From: Eledone cirrhosa | Taxonomy: Eukaryota | Direction of reading: 5' to 3' | DNA length: 64,000 nt | Assembly (NCBI GenBank): GCA_964016885.1 | Contig: OZ024743.1 | Span: 53,134,001 to 53,198,000 of the forward strand | In this document: in pieces, positions 10,101 to 23,737 of the stretch | Layout of the letters: every line of letters begins with the position of its first letter | How positions within the stretch are numbered: the stretch's first letter is position 1 | The notes under the pieces: generated by a model | What the model saw: only the letters and a program-made list of their open reading frames with translations | What the model was told of the DNA's origin: nothing | Database searches by the model: none | Program-made: the position numbers and the translations under genes

Positions 10101-11843
10101 ATATCGAATCTATAAGATTTTCATATTAGTTATTTTGAGAACAATACCTTACCATCAGTATGAGCAGCCAGTTACAGCTGGTTTGAAAAGAAAGAGGTGA
10201 GAGAATTCTGGCCGCATATGGCCGGTTTAAATGCTAAAGGGTTAAAAAGAACAAAATAACATTAATTATTACTTCACATAAAAAAGTATAGTCCTTACTA
10301 TAGTACTACAAACTTTCACATTTATCAATCTACTAATTAATACAGTGTGTCCACCAAAAATATACACACTTTTTAAATGACAATAAATGCATTGTTTATT
10401 GAAACAAAACTAATGGTTAAATATGAGTACATCTTTTTGGGACACCCTGTTTACATTTGAATCAAGAAACCACAGCTTAAAACAGCACAATGATCAAATC
10501 CCATTATATATAGTTTTTACTATAATATATAATGGTCGGTGGGTTGGCAATACTGGTAGAGGGTCAGACGCCATACTTTGCAGCAAAGAGTTACGGCCCT
10601 TTATAGTCTGAGTTCAAATCCTGCTGAGGTTAACTTTGCCTTTCATCCTTACAGGTCGATAAAATAAAGTACCAGTAATGCACTGGGATAATTGCTGGCC
10701 TTGTGCTAAAAGTAGAAACAATTATATATTATAGTCTTTACTCTAATACAGCAAATTTTCACAACAATCTCTCCACTAGTACAAATACTAAAAACATTTG
10801 AATTAACAAACTATTTTCTTCTAAATCTTTCTAGGATGTTAACTAAATGATACAACTAGAGTCTAGTCTAGCAGGTTGCTGAAAATACTTGTGCTCTACC
10901 ATAATTATGCCTGATTAATAAAGGTGCTGAACAATCAATGTTATAGCAGTGCCAGTCATATACTGGGGTCTGTTTAATTGACTACATACCCCCTTCCTCA
11001 AATTTATGATTTCATCTAGATGTTATGTTGAATAACGAAACATTTATGGAACCATTCTCATTTCTTCCCAGCCTTCTCTGTTGCTCCACATTCTCCACCC
11101 ATGTCTTGCTCCCATAAATAATGGCACTTCTCACATATTTAGCTTCTATCTTTCCCTTCCATTCTTTCCATCCTTCTCTGCTGCTCCATGTTCACCATAT
11201 ATTGCTCTCATAAATCATGGTACTTCATCATACACCTTTCCCTTCAGTTTCAGCAATACTCACCTCCTCATAAGCACTGGATCAGAGAAGAGAAACTGAG
11301 GGATGGAGTGGGTGGAGGTAACAGTTTTGAGGGGGTGGATATTAGGGTATTAGAAAAGAAGTATCTATCTGTTAAATCTATAGTTAAAACACTTTGTACA
11401 ATACTTAAGAGCTAAACAACCATTTATAATACTAATCAATAGCACCAGTCACAACAACAACAACAACAATAACATAACATTCCTCCTCACCAAAAAATTA
11501 GATAAAGAAAATCTGACAACTGTAAGAATACATTTTAAAATCAAAAAAAAAATCAAAGCTGTTTATACTAAACAACAACACCCCTGCCTCGACAAAAACA
11601 ACTATAACAGAACAAAACAAGTTTTAAAAATATTTTGAACAGAAAAGTAATTTGAATAAAGGCAGAAAATAGTAAAAATGTTATTTCCTGAACTAGTTTA
11701 GTGATATTATCTCGGTTAATGATTTCCCTGGGGGTATCAAGTGGAACATATTAATATTCTAAAAATGAAATGTAGCAGTCATCATCATCATTGTCTTCAT
11801 CACCATCATCATTATCATCATCATCATCATCATCAACATCATC

Positions 11844-11890
<47 letters not shown>

Positions 11891-13312
11891 TGTCATATTT
11901 ACAGCCAAGCCATCCCCCATGCTCACTTGGGTCAGATGAGTCTTCTCAAGTACAACTTTCCACTTAGGTTCAATGTCCTAACATCCACTTTCACTACTTC
12001 TGCCTTGGTCTTGGTCTTCCTTCATCTTCCTCTTTCAATGCTCTCTTCTAATTCCTTCTCACAAATTAAACAAGTCCTCTCCGGTATCTCTCTACTTGTT
12101 TCTTTCCTTTCTAAGGTTCAGTTTCTTGAGCTCAGTTTTCACAACATATGTCCTGGTCTTTCTTCATCTTCAGTGTTTTGTTTTCTTTTATAGAGTTATA
12201 AGCTACTGTTATCACTTATACACTGATTTTTCCCCCATGCTTTTTGAGAGGCCTCAAAGTAAACTAAGCTTGCCTAAAATTTTGGTTATTAGAGAAGAAA
12301 AACATACTTTAGCTTCCTCTAGAAAGTTGTCATAATTGATATGCCAAAATTAATTGGTAAGAATTCTATGCAGTTTACTCTTTGTAAACTATGGATACAC
12401 AAGAGGTGTACTAAAATTCCAGCAAGGTTGATATAGAATGTAGTTTCTATGTAACTAGGGCTGTTATATTCATAAAGTTGACTAGAGCCATTTTTTTCTG
12501 TGGCATTGTTCAAGGGGGCTTAAAATATTTGAAAGCCAAGGGCCCTGGTCATGTATTAATATGGCCAAGTATGTAACAGATACACATGTATAGTTAGCAG
12601 TAAGATTCTCAGCGAAATACATTCCTTCAAGTACACAAATGATTCTTTAGAAACACTTGATAGCTTCTATTACTGAGGTGATAATTAGCACTAGAGCAGG
12701 TGTAGCAGTGGTCCATAGTAAGAACAAAGTGGAAAAAATTCAGGGTTTCACTCTCAAAGCAAAGGGCAAACTGTATGATGCTAGCTAGAATGTGTGTGAC
12801 AATTCACACCTATGCAGGTTTAGCTGGCCTCCTCCAAGGTATATCTTGTTGGAGGTGTCTTGGGTAATTTAATGATAGGGACCCCAGTCCTATCATCTCA
12901 TTTCTACAGCTGAGTAAACTGGAGCAACGTGAAATAAAGTGTCTTGCTCAAGGAAACAACACATCACCTAGTCGGAGAATTGAACTCACAACCTTTCGAT
13001 TGCAAACCTAATGCTCTAACCACTAAGCCATGCACTAGCTAGCTAGAATATAAAGTAAAATATTAATTTCTAATTTAGGCACAAGGTCAGTAAATTTGCA
13101 GGGAGAGTAAAGTTGATAAAATTAACCACAGAACTTGATTGGTGCTTTATTTATCACTGCTTGAAGGTGGAAAAGCAGAGTGAGCTTCAGCAGGATTTAA
13201 AATGAGAATGTAAATAACCTGAACAAATAACATAATTGTCACTTGCTGGATTATGCAAGCTTTAACCATATGCAAAGCATAATATTTGTGATATCTGTAA
13301 TGTCGAATACTT

Positions 13313-14325
13313 GGATGGTTCGATCGGCGGTGGATGTAATGCAGGTTGTCATTTATATTATTATTAAACGACAACCTGCATTACATCCACCGCCGATCGA
13401 ACCATCCTAGAAATATCACCAATAACCTGATTAAAAACATCTCCCTCTGCATATCTCGTTTGTCCGCTAATGAGCAGATATTCGACGAACATGCGCCTTA
13501 TTACAACTTGAGGGCCTGGTTGTAATAAGGCGCATGTTCGTCGAATATCTGCTTCCATTAGCGGAACCAGCAGGCGACACCGCCGCTCATGCAATGTAAC
13601 GTGATTCAATCCTCCCCACAATGCCGAGGTGACAACACCTATCGGGAAAATCTTCTTTAGGCTCCTCGAAAAACACTTCCCACTACTACACCGCTACCAC
13701 AACATAATCAACAAAAACACCATCAAACTCTCCTACAGCACCACACCTAACTTTGCACAAAACATTGTCTCCTCTAACAACAAAAAACTCAACCCCTATG
13801 GAAGAAATAACCTAGACACCAGTGGAGAGCTGACCAGGAGGTGTAACTGTCTTGATAGATCTATGTGCCCCCTCAACAACATATGCCGAGATCGTAATGT
13901 GATCTATCACCTCCAACAAAGCTTATATAGGATTAACCGCTTGTGACTTCAAGACCCGGCTCTACCAACACCGACATACTTTCCGAAACCCGGCCCGGTG
14001 ACATGCCACTACACTTTCGAGCCACATCTGGGACCTCAAAGATAATAATATAACCTACAATCTCACTTGGAGCTTACTGTCCAGAGCTAACTCTTACACG
14101 GGAGGACGCCATCCGTGTAACTTATGCTCGGAGGAAACATTACAAAGGACCAGCTCCTAAACAAGAAAGACAAACTGGTAACCGCATGCAAACACAGATT
14201 GCGTAGGACTTACCTTGCCCTCAAACCCCATAATGACCCAGGGGGGTAGACAAGGGTTGATACCCCACTTGCCGATTTTGTAAGGGGTAACCCCTGCTTA
14301 CAAAGGTAGATGTAACTTAATTACC
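13313..14325 (+). pseudogene. Penelope-like element remnant 1 (RT thumb/linker + GIY-YIG; Naiad-like)
   Basis: YIHRRSNHP, FNPP, IGKIFFRLLEKHFP, NKNTIKLSYS, CNC...CPL...C...VIY, YIG...FKTRLYQH and CNLCSEE, with stops and frameshifts. Confidence 0.75.
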
Positions 14326-14326
14326 C

Positions 14327-15922
14327 ATGGGATCCAGCTATCGGGCCTGCTGGCCATCACCTATATGAACCAGCTAGAATACTGAGCCCTCAACACCTGC
14401 CATTCCCATACCTTCTTCACCCGATATGTAGATGACATACTCATCCTTACATCATCACGTGAGGAGGTAGATAAAATATACACAACATTCTCCAGCATGG
14501 ACGCCAGTATAAAGTTCAGCATGGAACACCTCGATGACCGCGGATCCCTATCCCTACTGGACTTCCAACTCAGGGTAACGGAGGAAGGCAACATCCACAC
14601 CTGCTTCTATAAAAAAGCCGCCAGCAGGGACCTGTTCGTACATTTCAGATCGGCCCTCCCAGCCGACGCTAAGTTTGGATACATAAGGAACGAACTAACA
14701 CGTATCTGGAACAAATGCACTGATGCTAGAGACCGAGACACATACACCACACATTTCCTGGAAGTACTCAAACTGAACGGATACACGACATCCACCATAA
14801 ACCATGCCAGAAAGAACAGAGGACACCAGACCCGAGACACTAACACTTGCTTCCTGAAGCTCCCACACTTCAGTGACGAAACAACAACAGCCATCCGCAG
14901 AGCTATCAGACGAGAGGGACTAGATATCCAACTGGCCCACTCAGGTCCTTCTCTACGCGGACAGCTAACCAAAAGACACTCCACCAGACATGACAACTGC
15001 TGCAGGCTAGCCAACTGCCCCATCAACGACACAGACCTATGCCACCAGGCCTACATCGTATACAGACTAAAGTGTGACAAATGCAGCAACTTCTACGTAG
15101 GTAGCACCACCAGACCACTCCACATAAGAATAAAAGAACACCTCAATACTAACGCTTAATCATTTAATAAACACCTAGTTAAATGCAAAAACACCGACAA
15201 AACCATAACAGTTAGGATAGAAACTAAGGAAAGAAACCTCGGCAATCTTAGAATTAAGGAAGCACTAATTATAGACAAAACACAACCACCAATCAATAAT
15301 AGACTAGAACTGAACACCCAATTTATAACTTGATAGAGCATCTAGCCCCATATTTACCCCCCCCCCACACACACACGCACGCACACACACACACACACAC
15401 ACGCTTACACCTCCACTTATTCTCTCTCACACACACACATACACACACAAAGACCAGTTCTAACACGAGATAACATCTATCCCCCACATTTACGTATAGA
15501 CATATCTTCTCACACTCACACACACACACTCACATACTTACATCTTCATGCATTCTCCCACACAATTAAACAGGCATGTACAAAAAATAAACCCCTTTTA
15601 AAGGGAGACTACTCTTTATCCACCTAACCTAACTCTTTGACATTAGAGATAGAACAGATACTCTATACCATTTCCTGTCAGCGTGACTTGGCAAGCTATT
15701 TAGAACACTGGTTTAACCGCTTTACTTCCCTCCGAAGAAGAGATATTATCTCGAAAATTAAGCACATTTAAATAAATCTAAGGTAAAAGACTAATTGTCA
15801 ACAATATCTTTTGCATTTACATTCTTTATTCTATGTCCATACCTGCATTGTTTTGGCTTTATTATACATATACAAACGTTTATACCTCATTACACAATGC
15901 TTCAAGGGAACTATAACTTCCT

Positions 15923-15925
<3 letters not shown>
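14327..15925 (+). pseudogene. Penelope-like element remnant 2 (RT YVDD + Cys linker + GIY-YIG, followed by a pLTR-like 3' region)
   Basis: FTRYVDDIL, LSLLD, FYKK and YIVYRLKCDKCSNFYVGSTTRPLHIRIKEH; decayed hammerhead core CCGAAGA-AGAGATATTATCTC-GAAA at 15732-15756. Confidence 0.82.
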
Positions 15926-15978
<53 letters not shown>

Positions 15979-15979
15979 A

Positions 15980-16012
<33 letters not shown>

Positions 16013-16194
16013 CAAATATACATATATATATAGATATATATATACAAATATATATATGGGCATCCAGCTGTAGAAATCAAACCAGAATCAGTTCCCGTCC
16101 CACCCTTGCAAGCAGGGAAAAGCGGACGTAAAATGAAATGAAAATGAAATGAAATATACAAATATATATATATATATATATATATACAAATATA

Positions 16195-16674
16195 TAACTT
16201 TGAATAACTTTGAAATGTTTTGGCCAGTATTGGGCCAGGCCATGTCTAACTTAATAGCACCACCTGGCGAAGTCTTTCAATTCAGGATTTGGGCACCATG
16301 GCCCATTCGAGAAGGGAATTACTGTTTGCGGAGGCATATCCGGGTGTGGGTGGTTTGTCCGGGATTACTTGGAGGAATTTGTCCAAAGACTTCTTGAATT
16401 TTGTGTGGTCAGTTTCTGTTTTGACGTGTCCTGGTGTGATGTTGAAGAGAGCAGGGCCAATTGAGGTGAAATAATTGAGCCGTATTGTTGTTGAGTTGCG
16501 ATTTAGATTTTTGTTTGGGATGGATAGCACGGGGCCCAAGCCTTGGGTGTATTTTGAAGGTGATGCCAACATCATTTGGGCAGTGCTGATGAAACATTTT
16601 CCACATCATGCAGATAATATAACGCTCACGGCGACGTTGGAGTGAGTAAAGTTTCAGCTTTTCTAGTCGACCCA
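16195..16674 (-). mobile_element. CR1 3' fragment, nearly identical to 20809-21290
   Basis: Reverse strand encodes [16 protein letters not shown]...IGPALFN with the same tail. Confidence 0.9.
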
Positions 16675-16701
16675 AATATATATATATATATATATATATA
16701 T

Positions 16702-16736
<35 letters not shown>

Positions 16737-16787
16737 AATATACATATATATATATACAAATATACATATATATATATATATATATAT

Positions 16788-16836
<49 letters not shown>

Positions 16837-16838
16837 CA

Positions 16839-17168
16839 CATGGAGGCACATGGCTTAGTAGTTAGAGCATTGGCCTTGCAATCGAAAGGTTGTGAGTTCA
16901 ATTCTCAAACCAGGTGATGTGTTGTTTCCTTGAGCAAGACACTTTATTTCACATTGCTCCAGTTTACTCAGCTGTAGAAATGAGATGATAGGGACTGGGT
17001 TCCCTATCATTCCACTGCAAAGTGGCCGTGGCGGTGCCACGGCAAAAAAACACCCAGCACTCACTGTAAATGAGGTTGGTGTTAGGAAGGGCATCCAGCT
17101 GTAGAAATTAACCCAGAATCAGTTCCAAGCAAGGAAAAAGCGGACATAAAATGAAATGATGAAATGAT
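16839..17168 (+). mobile_element. SINE family A copy
   Basis: Same head, core and tail as 2972. Other copies: 12876-13035(-), 24920-25200(+, partial), 46057-46345(+), 47490-47803(-). Confidence 0.85.
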
Positions 17169-17604
17169 GATATATATATATGTATATATATATATATGTA
17201 TATATATATGTATATATGTATATATATATATGTATGTATGTATATATATATATACACCCCCGCCCCACCACCCCCACCCCATCACACCGCCCCTTTCAAT
17301 GTAAAGTTATGTTGGTGCCACAACATCCAGGCCGAAACAAATGAGATCGTGTAGGTGTCACGACAAAAAAACACAGTCCACGCTGTGATGTGGCCGTGTA
17401 GGCAACACGGTAAAAACCTCCCAGACCCACACTGTAAATGTGCTTGGTGTTAGGAAGGGCATCCAGCTGTAGAAAACCCGCCAGACAGTCCTATGCGAGC
17501 AAGACAACCAATCTTGCCTGAAGTGGGAAAATTCCCGTCCAAACCCATGCAAGCGTGGAACATGGACCTTAAACGATGATGATGATGATGATGATGTATA
17601 TATG

Positions 17605-17646
<42 letters not shown>

Positions 17647-17698
17647 TGTATATATATGTATATATATATATGTATATATATATATGTATATATATATT

Positions 17699-17741
<43 letters not shown>

Positions 17742-18021
17742 ATATATATATATATATATTTGTATATGTATATATATATGTATATATATATATTTGTATA
17801 TATATATATATATATATATTTCTATGTTGTTCACTTGTCCCCCTTGCTTTACGCGATTTACTGGTCCCAATAACTTTTTTTAGTTATTGCTCGCACCAAC
17901 CTGAGGTATCTGATTTTTAATGCGATGAAATACCAATGATGGTTGGAAATCACTGACGAAGGACTATTTTTATCATATGTAACCCATGTGCAACCACGCA
18001 GTATTCTTCTTTCTTCTCATG

Positions 18022-18086
<65 letters not shown>

Positions 18087-18137
18087 TTGTATATATATAT
18101 ATGTATATATTTGTATATATATATATATGTATATATT

Positions 18138-18184
<47 letters not shown>

Positions 18185-18259
18185 TTGTATATATATATAT
18201 ATATGTATATATTTGTATATGTATATATATATATATGTATATATATATATGTATATATT

Positions 18260-18296
<37 letters not shown>

Positions 18297-18321
18297 ATAT
18301 GTATATATATGTATATATTTG

Positions 18322-21290
18322 TCAAAAATGGAAGATCAAACTCCTGGAGGACTGGGTTGATGTCCACCCAAACCACATCCCTTTCTTCGTCCTCACTGAA
18401 ACCCATCTCAGTAATTTCCACTTGGAAGCCGAGGTGAAAGTGAAAAATTTCAAAGCCATCCGTGCTGATCGCGCTGGCAGAAGAAAGGGTGAGACTGCCA
18501 TTTATGTCCATAATTCTTTCTCAACAGAGGCTATGAACATATTTTCTAATGGATACTGTGAAGCAGTCACTGTATTCAGTCAAACCAACAACCTAATAAT
18601 AGTTGGGCCCTATAGGCCACCCCAAACGCGTCTACCATGCTTCAAGGAATGCCTCAACAGCATAAAGTGTTTTATCCAAGAGTGTCACCCTGACAACATC
18701 TTAATGATGGGGGACTTTAACCTCCCCGGAGTTGACTGGTCCACAAACAGCCTGCCACCAGGTTCTTCTGCCTCAACCTCTGACAGGGAAGCAGTGGAAT
18801 CGCTTCTTGACTTCATGGATGATTTCTTCCTGTCCCAACTGGTGCTCGAACCAACGAGGTGCCACAAAAACGTCCTAGACTTAATTTTTAGCAATCACAC
18901 TGACACTATCCACTATATTGCAGTGGAGAAAACTCTACTCTCTGATCATGACATGGTTCTCTGTGATCTGAGATTCCACCGTCCAATATACAAACCCAAT
19001 GTCATCTCCGTTTGATGCTATGGATTTCCACAATGCAAACTGGGAAGCGATCAGTCATGATCTTGCACATGTCGACTGGTCCTTCACGCACACTCACACA
19101 CCCACTAACATCAAAAATTCCTGGCAGACATATGTGGACACTGTTACAAACATATGTGCAAAACACACCCCATTAAGAACTATAAACAAATCTAAGAGCA
19201 GAACCCCTAGAAATAGAAAAACGCTCATCAGGAAAATTAAGAGAACTAACAAAAAATCAACAAGCTGAAATACTGTCAGCAGCAACACACCAACTTGACT
19301 GCCATTTCATCACTAGAGATTAAAAAACATAACCTCCAAAACAATATGATGTCTATCATCAACAATCAGAGAAGAGCTGAAGAGGCCTGGGCCATTAAGA
19401 AGATCAAACTCAATCCCAAAATGTTCTTTTCATTTGCAAAAAAACACAAAATCACTGGCTCTACTGTTGGCCCTCTAATTGATGAAAATGGCACTCTTCA
19501 AGACAATGCTAAAACCATAGGTGAGATACTGCAGAAACAATACTGCTCTGTTTTCAGCAATCCTGATATGGCCAATCTAGGCTGTATCGGCAATGTTACT
19601 CCCCATTACACTTTATCGGACATAACGTTTGGTGCCCCTGATGTCTTAGCGGCAATAAAGGAAATCAAGCATAATTCAGCAGTAGGTCCCGATAGGTTCC
19701 TTGCTTGTGTCTTGAAGGCGTGTCAACACCAACTTGCATCTCCTCTTGCCAATCTGTGGCGGAACTCACTGGATGCTGGATATGTGCCAGAAAACCTTCT
19801 ATCCCAGTTTGTTGTCCCAGTTTTCAAAAAAGGAAACAAATCCCTTGCCGTGAATTACCGTCCAATCTCACTCACCTCTCATATCATTAAGGTATTTGAG
19901 AGAGTGGTGAGATCGCAAATGACTCACTTCCTTGAGAGTAACAATATGCTGAACTCCAACCAGCATGGATTCCATAATGGAAGGAATTGCCTGACGCAGC
20001 TACTGCATCACTTTGATGACATTTTGAGAGCTTTGGGAGAGGGTTCCAACACTGATTTCAGCAAGGCCTTTGACAGGGTTGATCACAACATTCTACTGAG
20101 AAAGCTGTCCAATATTGGTGTCACTGGAAAGCTGCTGCAGTGGATCAAGTGCTTCCTGTCAAACAGAACCCAACATGTTGTAGTCGAAGGAGTCAAATCC
20201 AGCCCAGCCAAAGTCAGTAGTAGGGTCCCACAAGGCACTGTGTTGAGCCCACTTCTCTTCATCATCTATATTAATGACATCACTAACATCATCAAACACA
20301 GCAACATTAGAATTTTCGCTGATGATTCCAAGCTCTAGAAGGTCATCAATGGCGTGGATGACCGGATAAGCCTTCAGTCAGACCTACTGGTTGTTACCCA
20401 ATGGACGGAAAAGAACAACATGTTACTGAACGAAGACAAATTCGAACTGATCCACTTTGGAAAAGAGGATGCTCTGAAACTCCCGTACTCCCTTCCCTCC
20501 GGTGAAACTCTCGTGGCATCTAACAACATCAGAGACTTGGGGGTAACTGTGGACAACAACATAAGCTGGGCCACGCATATAAGCAGCAAAATTGACATGG
20601 CCCGCAGAATGTGTTCCTGGATCCTCAGAACCTTCCAGTCGAGAGATTCCCACACCATTATTCTTCTCTTCTCCACTTTTGCCCGACCACACCTTGAATA
20701 CTGTTGTCCACTGTGGTCTCCCCACACGAAACAAAGTATCATGAAACTTGAAGCTCCCCAAAGGGCAATCACGAAAAAGATAGATGGCATGTCAGACCTT
20801 GACTACTGGGGTCGACTAGAAAAGCTGAAACTTTACTCACTCCAACGTCGCCGTGAACATTATATTATCTGCATGATGTGGAAAATGTTTCATCAGCACT
20901 GCCCAAATGATGTTGGCATCACCTTCAAAATACACCCAAGGCTTGGGCCCCGTGCTATCCGTCCCAAACAAAAATCTAAATCGCAACTCATAACAACAAT
21001 ACGGCTCAATTATTTCACCTCAATTGGCCCTGCTCTCTTCAACATCACACCAGGACACGTCAAAACATAAACTGACCACACAAAATTCAAGAAGTCTTTG
21101 GACAAATTCCTCCAAGTAATCCCGGACAAACCACCCACACCCGGATATGTCTCCGCAAACAGTAATTCCCTTCTCGAATGGGCCATGGTGCCCAAATCCT
21201 GAATTGAAAGACTTCGCCAGGTGGTGCTATTAAGTTAGACATGGCCTGGGCCAATACTGGCCAAAACATTTCAAAGTTATTCAAAGTTAT
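18322..21290 (+). pseudogene. CR1-clade LINE ORF2 (APE + RT), 5'-truncated, few disablements
   Basis: LTETHL, MGDFN, LDLIF, SDH; NYRPISLTS, QHGF, DFSKAFD, VPQGTVLSP, FADD; [16 protein letters not shown]; tail TTCAAAGTTA x2. Confidence 0.88.
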
Positions 21291-21744
21291 AAATATTTGT
21301 ATATATTTGTGTATATATTTGTGTATATATTTGTGTATATATTGTGTATATATTTGTGTATATATATATATATATATACGACAGCTGAGCTCTTGCTATT
21401 TCAACAGCTAGTTCCAGACTCTGGAACTAGCTGTTGAAATGGCAAGAGCTCAGCTGTCGGGTCCCAATTTTTTACAATATAACCATACTCTACTACCCCA
21501 AGTATTGAGTACTCTGTTGAGTAATGGTCTGATCAGTTTCAAACTGAATCCATCTTTATACATATATATATATATATATATATATGTTCTCACAACTGAC
21601 CAATGGGATGCGAGCATGTCCTATGACGCCGAAATTCGTTTGTTCTAACTCATATGATTCCAGTTCCTCGAAATATATATAGCAGTATATTTATAATTTA
21701 TAATAAAAGAAGCCAAATTTTACATATTTGACTTAATTATTTTA

Positions 21745-22697
21745 TCTATATATATTTAAATCCAAGTAAAAAGTGTTGGTTGATCAAGCAATCAATCGAC
21801 TGTAGTGTAATCAGGTGTAAGTACTCTACGACATGGGTATCTTAAGATATTACCGAAGTGGTATATTTCATTATAACCAAAGGGTACTCCGGGGGCTCAA
21901 ACCCCCGCTGAAAATGTTTTCCCTTTGATTTATATGAAATTTAAACCATAGGTAAATGACAAGATATGATGCCTATTCACAAAATTTCAGCAAATTTCAA
22001 TATTAAGACACCCTAATGGGGGTTAAACCCCCTATAGTAAAAATTTTGGCCAATAAATGGAACAAGATTTCACGAACTTCTCCTATGGTTTTGGAGATAG
22101 ACCCCCATAACCATATATATTCTGAAACTACATTGCCAAGGGTTCTTGGATAAGTATATTTCATTTTAATCAAAGGGTTCCCTGGGGGTATAAAACCCCC
22201 GGTGAAAATTTTTTCCCTTTGATTTATATGAAATTTAAACCATAGGTAAATGACAAGATATGCCTATTCACAAAAGTTTTGATTTTGAAAAAATTATTTA
22301 CAAGAAACAAAATAAGAATAAGATTTAATAATGTAATTTTGATTTGATATATTACAAAAAATAATTGTTTCTACTTTAGGCACAAGGCCAGCAATTACCC
22401 TTTATTTTATCGACCCCGTAAGGATGAAAGGCAAAGTCAACCTCGGCGGGATTTGAACTCAGATCGTAAAGGGACGTAACTATGCTGGAAAGCATGGCGT
22501 CCGACCCTCTACTGATACTGCCAATCCACCGCCCTTATATTACAAAAAATAATGTTTTCCAATTTTTCATGCATTACATTGAGTAATATTGAAATGCAGA
22601 ATTTTTCTCCATAAATTATATCACTGATGTAAAATCAATCATCATTTTCTTACAAAAATATATTTGAAATGCAGCAAGGCGCGGGTAATCAGGCTAG
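21745..22697 (+). mobile_element. Non-autonomous Helitron with internal direct repeats and a nested SINE
   Basis: A|TCTATATATA 5' end; GC-rich GCAAGGCGCGGG...CTAG|T 3' end; duplicated internal block at ~21860-21985 and ~22155-22275. Confidence 0.6.
22366..22535 (-). mobile_element. tRNA-derived SINE family B (Nin/Deu-like domain) with 18-bp TSD
   Basis: GAGTTCAAATCCCGCCGAGGTTGACTTTGCCTTTCATCC...GGTCGATAAAATAAAG. TSD TATATTACAAAAAATAAT at 22348-22365 and 22536-22553. Other copies: 10533-10725(+), 25240-25432(-), 49648-49860(+), 63686-63905(+). Confidence 0.85.
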
Positions 22698-22888
22698 TAT
22701 ATAATATTATTACGGTTAAGTCAGTGTCATGTTATGGTGCAGTTACATCCATGTGTTCACAGGGTCATCAAACATGGATGAGCCTGTGAACACAGTCGAA
22801 ACACCAAAGTATTAGGATATTGACATGCCTTAATAGAATTATTTTCTCTCTACTATGGTATTTTAAAACCAGCAATATTAAATGTGTA

Positions 22889-22954
<66 letters not shown>

Positions 22955-23148
22955 TGTATGTATATGTATGTATGTGTGTGTGTGTTTTGAGCAGAGGTCA
23001 TAAAAGCAGATCTCAATATTCTGTACCTCACCAAGGAAACGTGATTGGGAGGAAACAAGTAGAAGGAAACTATGAGAGGACTTGTTTAACTCAAGCAGAG
23101 AGAAAACGGATGTAAAAATCACAATGATAATTTATATGTATGTGTGTG

Positions 23149-23185
<37 letters not shown>

Positions 23186-23194
23186 ATGTCTGTG

Positions 23195-23264
<70 letters not shown>

Positions 23265-23284
23265 CACAGGCACACACACACACA

Positions 23285-23336
<52 letters not shown>

Positions 23337-23737
23337 TAAACCTTAAGAGAATTAACAAAGAAATGTCAAGACAATGAACGGAAACAAAATAAAATAAAAA
23401 ACATTTTAAGAAGAAACCTTGAATTATTTTTTAAAAATAAATATACAAACGAAGGACACAGAACTCCATGGCCATTGGCCATTGTGATGTACTTGGGCAG
23501 TTTTGACCCCTACCAACAGTACTGCTGGTCTATCTGGGGTCACAGCATCTGACATGAGCTAAACACTGTCCAAAGAAGTAAGAGACGAAAGACAAACAGT
23601 AATTTATAGCTGTTAAGCTACAAAACATACAATTTTGTGTGATGTTAGGAAAAATGCCTGGTGCATCATATAGCACGGAGAACATGAGTGAAACAAATAA
23701 AATAAAGAAATATATATATATAGAGAGAGAGAGAGAG

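Larger units (their letters stand above)
2363..10245 (+). mobile_element. Composite TTAA-flanked piggyBac-like MITE carrying 72-bp arrays, a SINE and a full-length Tx1 LINE
   Basis: TTAA-CCCTTTAACATTTA at 2363 and TAAATGCTAAAGGG-TTAA at 10228-10245. 10100-10245 matches the right part of the ~230-bp monomer MITEs elsewhere in the window. Confidence 0.85.

Noticed and set aside
13600-14005. In-frame TGA codons in the Naiad-like PLE as possible selenocysteine
   Set aside because: They fall at expected Trp/Arg positions in a frameshifted copy; ordinary mutation is simpler and no SECIS was identified.
15795-18511. Many YI/CV/HT/poly-His/poly-Val ORFs here and throughout the window
   Set aside because: Microsatellite translations.
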